A stretch of DNA of 64,000 bases from assembly GCF_963921235.1 (NCBI RefSeq), contig NC_086101.1, positions 15,686,001 through 15,750,000 of the forward strand. Direction: 5' to 3'. Source of the stretch: Mobula hypostoma. Lineage: Eukaryota. A program made the translations under genes and the position numbers. Shown in pieces: positions 46,830-59,240 of this stretch (within the stretch, counting starts at the first letter, position 1; each line of letters opens with the position of its first letter). The notes beneath the pieces were generated by a model. The model was not told where the DNA came from, made no database searches, and was given only the letters and a program-made list of their open reading frames with translations.

Positions 46830-47321
46830 AGGTACCGAGAAACACGTTCCCGCGCTCCTGCACACGAACACATAGAGACGTGCACATAGATACAAAATAT
46901 CCACACATACTCACGCAGGTAAATCTACCAGTGCCCTCTCCACACACACACACGACACACCCAAAATACACACGTTGATACACGCGCAGCCATTCCCCCG
47001 GATTTATAAGGCTAAGGAGAGATTTTCCAAACACTTACACCGTTCATAACTGTGGCTGGACAGACCAGATGCACGGAGGAAGTTTCCGCTGTCCGAGGAA
47101 TATCGAACAATTACATATTGTTTAGTACCGAAATGAACAGAGACACCTTCAGACGGGGTGGCGAACCTTTGGAATGCTTTACCTTGGAGAGCTGTGGATC
47201 TTCAGACTGACTTCATACAAGGCAGAGAATGACTGGATTTCTGGATATGAAAAGAATGGTGGGGTAGGGGGTCAGTGCAGGAAAATGGCACTGGGGGAAG
47301 AGGATCAGTCATGATCTAGGT

Positions 47322-47514
47322 CAGGGGTGGCCAACCTTTTACATTCCATGCGTCAATTTTCTCACTCACGAGTTCAAATGCGCCACACAACTCTTGTACT
47401 CCCATTCAATTCTTGTAAAAATATGTTAATATAGAACACGTGCATGAAAAAATCGCATCTGAACTCGTGCGTGAAGAAATTGACGCATGGAATGTAAAAG
47501 GTTGGCCACCCCTG
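47322..47514. mobile_element. hAT-type MITE (193 bp)
   Basis: TIR CAGGGGTGGCCAACCTTTTACATTCCATGCGTCAATTT and its complement; 8-bp TSD ATCTAGGT/ATCTAGAT (7/8 match). Confidence 0.88.
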
Positions 47515-47779
47515 ATCTAGATGAATGGTAACAGGGTTGATGGCCGACCCCATCTCCTCGTTCTTATCACAGAGTGGTACAGGGTTACTACATGGAAATA
47601 GAAGCCTTTGTCCCCTGAGTCCGTACAAGCTAGCATCGAGTTAATTTTACACTAATCCTGCACTGGTTAGATTCACATATACGCTGCCAGGGCTGAAGGG
47701 CCTGAGTTATTGGGAGAGGTTAGGACTTCGTTCTCTGGAACACAGGATATCGAAGCTTCGATGAGAAGAGGCTGAGGCC

Positions 47780-50680
47780 AAATACACAGGTTAGAAGATT
47801 TGGTCTTGCTTGCCCATTGTGCAGTGCAGGCGGGATGGCAGATATGGCAGTGGAATGCTCCTCCTGTGGGATGTGGGAATTCACGGATCCTGACAGTCTC
47901 CCTGATGACTGCACCTGTGGGAAGCGCAGCCAACTCCAGCTCATGAAAACCCGTATTAGGGAGCTGGAGCTTGAGTTGGATGAACTTAGAACATAAGAAA
48001 TAGGAACAGGAGATAGGCCCTGTCGAGCCTGCCCCACCATTCAGAAAGATCACGGCTGATCTGACCATGGACTCATCTCCACCTACCTGCCTTTTGCCCA
48101 TAACCCTTAATTCCTGTTTCACCTGCAAACCAACCTTTTGTGATTTATGCACAAGTTCCACCGCACAGCAGAACGCAGCATATTTTTAACCATTTAAATA
48201 ATAATCTGCTCTTTCGTCTTCCAAAGTGGAAAAAGCCTCTACTGTCACTTCTGCCATTTCTTTCAGTACCCTGGGATGCATTCCATCAGGATCTATCTTC
48301 AGGCCCACAGGTCTGCTCAGCACTACCTCTTTAATGATAGCTACTGTATCATCCAGGAGGCAAAGCATTTGATAGATACAACTTTTGAGCAGATGGTTAC
48401 ACTCGGAATGCAGAATTCAGGGAGTAGCCGGGTGAACATCGAGAGAGGTTAAGCGAGAAGGAAGTCAGTGCAGGGTCCCCCTGTAGCTGTTCCTCTCAGA
48501 AACGGATATTCTCCTTTAGATTGTGCTGAGGGGGATGACCTATCTGGGCATAGCATCAGCAGCCAGACCAAGACACTGTGATCAGCTCTGAGCCTCAGAA
48601 GAATAGGGTGAAGTCATGCGGAGCAAGAGTCATCGGGGACTTGATAGTTAGGGGGACAGATAGGCGATTCTGCGGCAGCAAAAGAGACGCCAGGATAGTG
48701 CGTTGCCTCTCCCGGGAGCAGAAGAGGGGTTGAGGTCCTGCACAGTAAGTTTAGGGAGTTAGGAAGGAAGCTGATGAGCAGGACCTCCAAGGTGGTGATA
48801 TCCGGATTACTCCCAGTGCCATGAGCTAGGGAAGGTCAGAACAGGAAGATAGCGCAGGTGAATGAGTGGCTGAGGGTTTGGTGCAGAGGGCAGGGTTTCG
48901 AGTTCTAGGATCATTGTAATCTTTTCTGGGGAAGGGGTGACCTGTACAAGTGGGATGGGTCGCACCTGAACTGGAGGGGAACCAATATCCTGGGAGGGAG
49001 GTTTGCTAATGCTATTGGGGAGGATTTAAACTAGATTTGCAGGGGGGTTGGAAGCAAAGTGAAGAGGCAGAGGATGGGGTGGTTAGCGCACAGGTAGAGA
49101 CAGCTTGTAGGAAGTTTGTGAGGAAGGATCAGCAGATGATAGAGCAAAGATGCACTCAGCCATATAGTTTGAGATGTGTCTATTTTAATGAAAGGAGTAT
49201 CAGAAACAAGGTGAGTGAACATAGAGCGTGGATCAATACGTGAACTATGACGTTGTGGCTATTGCACAGACTTGGATGTCTCAGGGGCAGGAATGGCTGC
49301 TGATTGTGCCAGGGTTAGATGTTTCAAAAAGGACAGGGAAGGAGGCAAAAGATGTGGGGGCATGGCACTTCTAATCAGAGATAGTATAACGGCTTCAGAA
49401 AAGGAGGAGGTCATGGAGGGATTGTCTATTGTGGGTGTAAGTCAGAAACAGGAAGGGTGCAATAACTCTACTGTGTGTTTTTATAGACCCCCCCCCCCCC
49501 CCCCAGTAGCAACAGAGACATCGAATACCAGATAGGGAGACAGATTCTGGAACGGTGCAACAATAATAGGGTTGTTGTGATGGTCGATTTTAACTTTCCT
49601 AATATTGACTGGCATCTCCTTAGAGCAAGGGGTTTAGATGGGGTGGGGTTTAGATGGGGTGGAGCTTGTTAGGTGTGTTCAGGAGGGTTTCCTGACGCAA
49701 TATGTAGATAAGCCAACTAGATGAGAGCCTGTACTTGATCTGGTATGGGGAAGAGAACCTGGTTAGGTGTCAGGTCTCTCAGTGGGAGAGCATTTTGGAG
49801 ATAGTGATCACAACTCTATCACCTTTACCATAACCCTGGAGAGGGATAGGAGCAGACAATTAGGGAAAACATTTAATTGGGGTAGGGGGAAATATGATAC
49901 TATTAGACAGGAACTTGGGAACATAAATTGGGAGCAGATGTTCTCAGGGAAAGAAGATAATAAGAATAGCCCTTAAATCGGCGGTGGAGTTATAGGGGCA
50001 CCATCACGACGATGTTTCCGTAGCAAGTTATTCTTGTTTTTACCAGGCCAAGCTGCTAGCTCGACGCTCAACCGGACTTGGATTCGAATTCGGGAACCTT
50101 CACTCCGGAGTCCGGTGCTGATATTATTGCACCACCAAGTGGGACTTCTCAGGGAAATGCACAGCAGAAATGTGGCAAATGTTCAGGAACATTTGCATGG
50201 TATCCAGCATAAGTATGTTCCAAGGAGGCAGGGAAAGGATGGTAATGTAAAAGATCCATAGTGTGCAAAGGATGTAGAAAATCTAGTCAAGAAGAAAAGA
50301 AAAGCTTATGAAAGGTTAGAGAAACTGGGTACTGTTAGAGCTCTAGAAAATTACAAGGGTGCCCGGAAGGAGCTTAATAATGGAATTAGGAGAGCCAGAA
50401 GGGGCCATGAGAAGGCCTTGATGAGCAGATTAAAAAAAAACAAGGGATTCTAAAAGTATGTGAAGAGCAAGAGGATGAGCTGTGTGAGAATAGGACTAGT
50501 CAGGTGCGATAGTGGAAACATCTGCATGGAGTCAGAGGAGGTAGCGGAGGTACTTAATGAATACTTTGCTTCAGTATTCACCAGGACCGTGGCAATTGTA
50601 GGGATAACTTACAGCAGAAGGAATGCTTGCGTGTATAGACATTAAGAAAGAGGATGTGCTGGAACCGTTGAAAGGTATTT
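47780..50680 (+). mobile_element. CR1 5' part (ORF1 Zn finger + esterase, APE), degraded, with nested inverted CR1 pieces at ~47985-48350
   Basis: MAVECSSCGMWEF...CTCGKRSQLQLMKTRIRELELELDEL; RVIGDLIVRG..RRFCG; GGMALLIRDS; DHNSITF. Confidence 0.8.
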
Positions 50681-51781
50681 CCATAGATGCTGCCTGACCT
50701 GCTGAGTTGCTCCAGCATTTTGTGTGTGTTGCACAGTTTTATGGCACTGCAGTAATATTGGCCATATTTTAATTTGCTCTTTATTTCATTTAAATACCCT
50801 TTGTAATTTGGGGACCGCTTCCACTAACACCTCCGCTCCATCTGCCAGAAGTGGAACTTCCAGGTGGCCAAACATTTTAATTCCATTTCCCATTTTAGGT
50901 CCAACATGTCGGTCGATGATGAGCAGCACCTTATATTCCATGTAGGTGGTCTCCAACCTGATTCCCTCAGTAAAATGGTAGTTTGTCCTTTTCCCATGTT
51001 TTTTCTATTTCCATAAAACATTGTCTAATTGGGGCAAAATGGTCCTGATGTGGTCCAACTAAGCAGAATTCACTACATGTAATGCAGTATTGTATTGAAA
51101 TATAATGTTAATGCATATAAGAATAATATGCATATATAATAATATCATACATATTATTTGCACCGTTTCTACTGACAGAAGGATAAAGGCGTGTTATTGG
51201 CACCTTAAAACCTGTTTCTCCAGGCGGATGGGGCTCGCCAGCCATGGTTGGCAGCTCATTCAGGAAAAAGTAAAACTCTGATCTCAAACCTCCGCTGCCT
51301 TGCCCTCTACCCACTCATAGAGAAGGCTTCGGGAATAAACCCAGAGGGAAAAATCTAGAGCTGGAGTCCCGAAGGCATTCCACTATCGAGCTGACAGATT
51401 TCTGGTACCAAACTGAGTTCTATGCTGACTGGCAACTCCTGCGATGTTTCTGGTACCAAACTGTATCGGCCTCTGCCGTTCCTTTGGATTCATCAGATGC
51501 ATGGAGAGGGGGAGCTTGCTGCATGGGCAACAGCTTGCTCTCTATATTGTACTGCCCTGGTTTGCTTATCTAGATAGCTAGGATGCATTATCCATGGTCA
51601 ACTCTGTCTGATGGAGGCCTCAACTCAACTCAAAGTCCATCCCAAAGGGTGATGCAGAGGGGCAGCTTTCCTCTCATGCAGATGGTCAAGTGGGCACTTC
51701 AGACCCGATGAAGGGTCTCCACCTGAGACACTGACTGCCCATTTCCCTCCACAGGTTCTACCTGACCCAGTGAGAGGTCCT

Positions 51782-51873
51782 TCAGCACCTTTGTGTGGTG
51801 TTGGGTTTTCCAGCGCATAGCGCAACACTGACCCCTGCTGGCCGGCACCCTTTCACTGCAACTCTGTCCTCTA
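51782..51873 (-). CDS. NCR3-like copy B, candidate cytoplasmic/terminal exon
   Basis: Paralog of 24564-24675. Tandem acceptors cag|tag| (51873/51870) give (I)EDRV... or (K)DRVAVKGCRPAGVSVALCAGKPNTTQRC* in phase 1. Confidence 0.4.
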
Positions 51874-52439
51874 CTGACGGACCAGAGGGAAGAAAAGAAC
51901 ATCTCACTTTGTCTCTTTTCAAGGTTTAACAGTTCAAAGTACTTTATTATTATCACAGTATATATACCCATATGCAACCCTGAGATGGAGATTACTGCAG
52001 GCAGCCACAAAACAAAAAAAAAGCACGGTAGAATCCATGATAAAAAGATCCTCACAACAAAGGCATTCAAACTTCCACAGTGCGAGGAAAGAACACATTG
52101 TGCAAAACAGTAAAAAAAAAGTAACAGATAGAACATGAACTGCAGAGTCCCTGGAAGTGAGTCTACGGCCACAGAGCCAGTTCAGTGCTGAGACAAGTAC
52201 ACTGAACTGAGTATTGAGTTGAACACCTCTTTGTCCTTTGCCCTCAGCCTCCACACTTTAATCTTTTAAATCCCGTTCGGCTCTTACGTCGGCTAAACAT
52301 TTGTTTCATTTTTCGCTGCTGGGCCTGGGGTCTGCTACTTCAGTCCAGCCCGCAGTCTGCTCCAGCCGTGGCTGCTGCAGTCGTACCTGCATTCCTGAGA
52401 GTCCAGCTTGCTGAATCCTTCAGGATACCGCAATAATGC

Positions 52440-53072
52440 TACAGATGGTACAGTGTACAGGAGATAAATACGGCAGCTAGTGCAGTGGTGTCACAGAACA
52501 ACCTGGCACCCAAATCTCAGTAAGACCAAAGAGATGATTGTGGACTTCAGAAAGGATAAGATGAAGGAACACAAACCAATCGTCATTGAGCGATCAGAAG
52601 TGGAGAGAGTGAACAATTTCAAGCTCCTGGGTGTCAAGATCTCTGAATATCTAGTCTGGTCCCAACACATAGATGTAGTTATAAAGAAGGCAAGACAGCG
52701 GCTATATTTCATTAGGAGTTTGAAGAGGTTTGGTTTGTCAACTAAAACACTTGAAAACTTCTAAGGATGTATGGTGGAAAGCATTCTGGCAGGCTGCATC
52801 ACTGTCAGGTATGGGGGTGGGGGTGGAGGTGGCTACCGCACAGAACCGAAATAAGCTTCACAAAGTTGTAAAATTAGTCAGCTCCATCTAGGGAACAAGC
52901 TTCCATAGTACCCAAGACACCTTCAAGATGCGGTGCCTCAGAAAGGCAACACCCATTATTCAGGACCCCCATCACCCAGGGCATGCTCTCTGTCTCATTG
53001 TTACCATCAAGAAGGAGGTACAGAAACCTAAAGAGACGCACTCAGCAATTCAGGAACAACTTCTTCCCTCTG
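52440..53072 (+). mobile_element. Rex1/Babar-like 3' fragment (continues after 54008)
   Basis: LNLSKTKEMIVDFRK...ERVNNFKLLGVKI...KKARQRLYF. Confidence 0.8.
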
Positions 53073-54008
53073 CCATAGAAACCATAGAAACTACAGCACA
53101 GAAACAGGCCTTTTGGCCCTTCTTGGCTGTGCCGAACCATTTTCTGCCCAGTCCCACTGACCTGCACACGGACCATATCCCTCCATACACCTCCCATCCA
53201 TGTATCTGTCCAATTTATTCTTAAATGTTAAAAACGAACCCGCATTTACCACCTCATCTGGCAGCTCATTCCATACTCCCACCACTCTCTGTGTGAAGAA
53301 GCCCCCTCTAATGTTCCCTTTAAATTTTTCCCCCCTCACCCTTAACCTATGTCCTCTGGTTTTTTTCTCCCCTTGCCTCAGTGGAAAAAGCCTGCTTGCA
53401 TTCACTCTATCTATACCCATCATAATTTTATATACCTCTATCAAATCTCCCCTCAATCTTCTACGCTCCAGGGAATAAAGTCCTAATCTATTCAACCTTT
53501 CTCTGTAACTGAGTTTCTCAAGTCCCGGCAACATCCTTGTAAACCTTCTCTGCACTCTTTCAACCTTATTCATATCCTTCCTGTAATTTGGTGACCAAAA
53601 CTGAACATAATACTCCAGATTCGGCCTCACCAATGCCTTATACAACCTCATCATAACATTCCAGCTCTTATACTCAATACTTTGATTAATAAAGGCCAAT
53701 GTACCAAAAGCTCTCTTTACGACCCTATCTACCTGTGATGCCACTTTTAGGGAATTTTGTATCTGTATTCCCAGATCCCTCTGTTCTACTGCACTCCTCA
53801 GTGCCTTACCATTAACCCTGTATGTTCTACCTTGGTTTGTCCTTCCAACGTGCAATACCTCACACTTGTCTGTATTAAACTCCATCTGCCATTTTACAGC
53901 CCATTTTTTCCAGCTGGTCCAAGTCCCTCTGCGGGCTCTGAAAAGCTTCCTCACTGTCTACTACACCTCCAATCTTTGTATCATCAGCAAATTTGCTGAT
54001 CCAATTCC
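53073..54008 (-). mobile_element. Young 5'-truncated CR1 with an uninterrupted C-terminal ORF
   Basis: ORF 53091-53954 has 287 aa without stops (WQMEFNTDKCEV, RPNLEYYVQFWSP, RRRLRGDLIEVYKI); (TTTCTATGG)n tail. Confidence 0.92.
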
Positions 54009-54096
54009 TAAATGAACATTGAACCCATGAACACTACCTCACTTTTAAAAGATATATATTATTTCCATTTTTGCACTATTTTAATCTTTTCAATAC

Positions 54097-54098
54097 AT

Positions 54099-54132
<34 letters not shown>
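54097..54132. repeat. (CA)n(TA)n microsatellite
   Basis: Direct inspection. Confidence 0.9.
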
Positions 54133-54334
54133 TTACTGTTATTTATTCACTTATTGTTTCTTTCTATATTATTATGTATTACATTGAACTACTGCTGCTA
54201 AGTTAATAAATTTCATAACACCTGATTCAAAGACGCAGCTCCCAAAGGGAAATTACAGGCTTCAGATTGCACTGTTCGTAGTCCAGAAAACATTTATTTA
54301 ATAGAATAGTTTTGTTTACATGCAAAAGTCTGCA

Positions 54335-55470
54335 GATGCTGGAAATCCAAAGCACCCCACACACAAAATGCTGGAGGAACACAGCAAATCAGGCGACACC
54401 TATGGAAATGAAGTTGATATTTTGGCCGAGACCCTTCTTCAGGATTGGAAAAGAAGGGGGAAGATGCCAGAATAAGAAGTTTAAGGGGGGTGGGAGGGGA
54501 GGAAGCTGGCTAGAAGGTGATAGGGGAAGGCAGGTGGGTTGGAAAGATAAAGTGCTGGACGAGAAGGAATCTGATAGGAGAGGAGGGTGGACCATAGGGA
54601 AAGGGAAGAGGAGCGGAGCAAGGGGGAAGTGATAGGCAGGTGAGAAGATGTAAAAGGCTAGAGTGGGGATAGAAGAAGAGGGAAGGTGGGGAGGGGGTTA
54701 TCAGAAGGAGCAATCAATACTTATTCCATTTGGTTGGAGGCTACCCAAATGGAATATATTGTGTTGCTACTCCACCCAGAGGGTGGCTTCATCTTGGCAC
54801 AAGAGGAGGCCATGGACCAATATCTCGGAATGGGAATGGGAATTGGAATTAAAATCTTAGTTCACTGGGAAGTTCCACTTTTGGTGGATGGAGTGGAGGT
54901 GCTTAACAAATTGCCTCCACCCCCCAATTTACAACGGGGTCTCACCAATGTAGAGGAGATCACTTCGGAAGAACCGGACACAATAGACAACCCCAACCGA
55001 TTTGCAGGGGAAGTCTTGCCTCACCTGGAAAGACTGTTTGGGGCCCTAAACAGAAGTGAGGGAGGAGGTGAATAGGCAAGTGTACACTTTAGCCGCTAAC
55101 AGAGATAAGTGCTGGGAGGAAGATTACTGGTGAGGGATGAACAGACAAGGGAACTGCAGATGGAGTGATCCCTGTGGAGGTAAGGATATGTTTAGAGGTC
55201 GGGTCTCTTTGGAGATGGTGAATCTGTTTAGGATCTCATTGAAGATGGTGAATATGTTTACTGGTAGGATCCCATTGGGAGATGGCGGATATGTTTAATG
55301 ATAGGATCTCGTTGGAGATGACGGATATATTCAGTGTTGGGATCCTGTTGAAGATGGCAGATATGTTTACTGGTAGGATTCCATTGAAGATGATGGATAT
55401 GTTTAGTGCTGGGATCTTGCTGGAGATGGTGGATATGTCCAGTGGTAGGATCCCTTTGTAGATGGCGGAA
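54335..55470 (-). mobile_element. Penelope-like element 3' portion (terminus, GIY-YIG fragment, tandem-amplified 36-bp unit)
   Basis: Degenerate hammerhead at ~54410-54445; antisense GIY-YIG-like sequence; ORF 55258-55602 carries a 12-aa repeat HLQRDPTTKHI. Confidence 0.7.
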
Positions 55471-57049
55471 GTTAGTTTTGTTTATTGCCCACAAAATATC
55501 GCTTTGTCTCACCAGTAACATCATGGAACCTGAGATGGGGCAGACAGGCAGAGAAGGAAGTAGAAAAGTGGCTTTAATATACAAAACACTGCAGGTACTC
55601 ATCCAATCACCACAACACGGTGGTTTAGATTTAATGAGTCATAGAGGACAGTGCCAGGTCCTAGAAGGTTCTAAGATCCGGAATCAAGGTTCACCTATGG
55701 TGAGAATGGACTATTACTGTTTCTGGTCAAGGCCATTCACAAGATTTGAAAGGTAGAAGGTAGAGGGGATGTGGTTAATATATCCCTGTTATGTTTCAGT
55801 CTCTGACACCATTCCCACTCTCTGCCCCATCCCTGTTATGTGGAGAATAGTTAACTTGTCGGCCAAAAGCCGCTTCCATCGTGTCGGACAATGAACGGCC
55901 TGTTTGAGGTATGAAGCAGCTTTTTCCCATTGGCTGCCTTGTGTGCCAGGTAACCAGTGTTCGGTGTCAGGCAACAAGTTTCTGTTTGTTGAATATTTAG
56001 TTTTGCAGTTTGTGTAACTTGGGGACTTAGATCTTTCACTGTTTGTAAATAAATAATTAATATGCTTATTTGTAGTCAGTGTCTTCTACCTGACTCACCA
56101 AATCCATAAACCCATACACCCCCCTCCCATCTGCGGATCACCCCCCTCACCTGCCAGCACTTGCTCCATCTTTATACATTTGGCTATCTCCCCTCTAGTT
56201 TCCAGTGCAGAGGAAGGGTCTCAACCAGAGACTTTGACTCTCCATTTCCTTCCACAGATATTTCCTGACACACTGAGTTCCTCCAGCATTGTGTGTGCTG
56301 TTCCAGATTCCAGCCTCAGCCCGAGTATGTGTCTCTGGGATGGCTATAGAGAGTATGATTCCCCTATAGGTTTATTATGCCAGCAATCCCACACTTGACT
56401 AGAGAGCTTGGTTAATCTGATGCTCTGTTAATTCGGGGAGAGTAACCGAGGTGGAAGCTGAAATAAGCACAGAGACATAAACTCAGGCCATTGACAGATT
56501 TCTTTCCTTGAAGACGTGAAGCAGTTGTGAACAATTTGATGCCATTGGGGGTTCAAAGTTCAATCAAAGGAACAGAAACTGGAATCTTTATCATATTCAT
56601 GACCCGACTCCTGACAGCACGTTTGAGGACCTGCTTCTCTCCCAGTATTCCTCACGACCTGTTGGTTCATGGGCCCATCTTCCTACTGAAAACACAGAGG
56701 AGCCAATTTAATTGTGGGCCGAAGGGCCTTTACCATGCTGTACTATTCTAATTCTGTTAAGAGGAGTGGCTCGACAGTTCGGAGGAAAGAACCAACTTCT
56801 CTGTAGTGGCAAGCTACAGGAGGAGGATATTCAGCCTATCTAGCCTGTACTGGCTCTTGCAAAAGCGATCCAGCTTATCCCACTGCTCCACTCTCAGCTC
56901 ATTGACCTTCAGATGCTCTTTCAGCTTACTTCTGCTCGCTGTGACTTAACCTAATCCCAGGTTCGAATAACTCACTAAGTGAAAAAGCTTCCCCTTTTGT
57001 CTCCTGAGGTCAGAGAAAAGGTTCTTTGGCCCATCGAATTCGTGCGACC

Positions 57050-57250
57050 AATCAGACTGAACCCATTCCTGTTTAACCTCCTAGTCCCCATTTAACCCCA
57101 TTCCATTTAACTCCCAGTCCCTATTTAACCCAATTCCTGTTTAATCCCTTAATGCCCATTTTACCCCATTACTATTTAACCCCCGGTCTCCATTTACCCC
57201 CAGTCCCATTTAACTCCTAGTCCCCATTTAATCCCATTCCTGTTTAAGCC
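57050..57250. repeat. ~17-19 bp degenerate minisatellite
   Basis: Recurring 'cccattcctgtttaacc' / 'cccagtccccatttaacc'. Confidence 0.7.
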
Positions 57251-57269
57251 CCTCAGTCAAGCTCCTATG

Positions 57270-57745
57270 CTCCGTCCGCCAGAAAAATACAGTGGCCACC
57301 CATTTTAATTCCGCTTCCCATTCCCATTCCGATATGTCTATCCATGACCTCTTCTACTGTCATGATGAGGCCACACTCAGGTTGGAGGAACAGTGCCTTA
57401 TATTCCGTCTGGGTAGCCTTCAACTTGATGGCATGAACATTGATTTCTCGAACTTCTGGTAATGCGTTCCCCCCCCCACCCCACTCAGCATTTCCCATCC
57501 CCATTTCCCCCTCTAACCTTCTCTCCTTGCCCACCTATTGCCTCCCTCTGGTGCTCCTGCCCCCTTCTGTCACTTTCACCAATCAACTTCCCAGCTCTTT
57601 ACTTCATCCTTCTCCCTTCAGGCTTCACCCTATTACCTTGTCTTTCTCTCCCCCACCCCCTACCGTTTAAATCTACTACTCAGCTTTTTCTGTCCAGTTC
57701 TGCAGAAGGGTTTCGTCCCAAAATATCGACTGTACTCTCACAAAA
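57270..57745 (+). mobile_element. Penelope-like element 3' end (GIY-YIG C-terminus + pLTR-like tail)
   Basis: 57292-57462 reads VATHFNSASHSHSDMSIHDLFYCHDEATLRLEEQCLIFRLGSLQLDGMNIDFSNFW*, resembling PLE endonuclease C-termini; degenerate hammerhead at ~57700-57735. Confidence 0.75.
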
Positions 57746-58269
57746 TTCAAAAAGCACAGAGATGTGCAGTTGAACCTTTTCTAAGCAAAAATGAACCAGT
57801 TATCTATCTCCTCCCTCATCGCGAGCAATCTCCACTTATGACATCCAGTCTCTCTCACTCCACTCTTTTATTCTCTCTGCCCATCCCCTCCTCACAGCAA
57901 TCCAATCTAAGCTATATTTTCAGTTTTTCCCAGTTCTATTGAAAACCTACGATTCCAGAACCTTAACTCTGCTTGATTCTCTGGAGGTGCTGCCTGACCT
58001 GCTGAATATCCCAGCGTTCTCTGATTTTATTTTAGACTTCCAGCATCTGCAGGTTTTTATTTTGCTTTACAACTTACCATCCCGGGTCCTTCAATCCAAA
58101 TAGAGTGAAGTTAAATCAGCTGTAAAATTAATTATGTGCATATTAGTATGAACACTGGCAGGTCCCTCCCACTCACTGTCCGTGGGAGCCCTAGTTCCAC
58201 TCCCGTTACTCATGGCTCTCCTACAGCCCAAACATTAGTCTCAGAACTTCTACAGTCCTTTCCCATCTT

Positions 58270-59240
58270 ACATAGGTGACCCATTGACATTGGATATGAC
58301 AGCACAGAAACAGGTCCTTTGTGTTGACCTGTTTTCTGTCAAGTCCCGTTGACCCGCACCTGGAACTTCACTCTCAATGCCCCTCCCATCCATGTACTGA
58401 TCCAAATTTCTCTTAAATGTTGCAATTGAACCCACATCCAGCACTTCCCACTGGAAGCTCGTTGCATACTCACACCATCCACTGAGTGAAGAAGTTCCCC
58501 TTAAATATTTCACCTTTAACCCTAAGCCAATGACCTTCATTTCTCGTCTCACCTAACATCTGGGGAAGAAATATAAAAGAGATCCACAAGAGATTCCACA
58601 GATGCTGGAAATCCAGAGTAACAGATACATTTGCCATCTTATTAACACACAAAACTGTACTTGATGTGATGAGACCTCAGCTCAATTCAAAATTGTGGTC
58701 TAACCACGGTTTAATAGAGCTGCAACATTACTTCACGGTCCTTGAACTCAGTCTCCCAATTAGTGAAGGCCAACACACCATACGCCTTTTTCACGGCTCA
58801 ATCAACCTGCACGGCAACTTTGAGGGATCTATGGATGTGGGCTCCAAGGTCCCTCTATTCCTCCACATTGCTAAGAAATCTGCCATTCACCCTGTATTCT
58901 TCCTTCAAATTAAGACTTCCTAAGTGAATCACTTCCCACTTTTCAGGATAGGATTCCACGTGCCATTCTCAGCCCAGCTCTGCATCCTATCAATGTCCTG
59001 TTGTATTCCTTGCCACCATTTCACACTATCCACAACTCCACAACCTTAATGAAATCTACAAGCTTACTAACACACCCTCCCACTTCTACATCTGAATCAT
59101 TTCTAAAAATTATGAAGAGCAGCGGTCCCAAAACAGATCACTACAGAGCACCGCAGTTCGCCATCCTCCAGGCAGAATAGGCTCCATCTACAACTACCCT
59201 CTGCCTTCTACAGGCAAGCAAATTCTGAATCCCCTCTGTG
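58270..59240 (-). mobile_element. CR1 3'/RT fragments, degraded
   Basis: Antisense of 'gggaagtgattcacttaggaag', 'gaaaaaggcgtatggtgtgttggcc', 'gacttgacagaaaacagg'. Confidence 0.6.

Noticed and set aside
50745-50765. QYYCSA on the - strand as a second Ig V exon
   Set aside because: Lies in a Tigger-like repeat; no upstream W or first Cys, and the paralogous site at ~23645 lacks it.
55785-56100. Second solo LTR (TGTTATG...AATAAA...CACCA)
   Set aside because: No exact TSD (ATCCC vs AATCC) and ends are uncertain.
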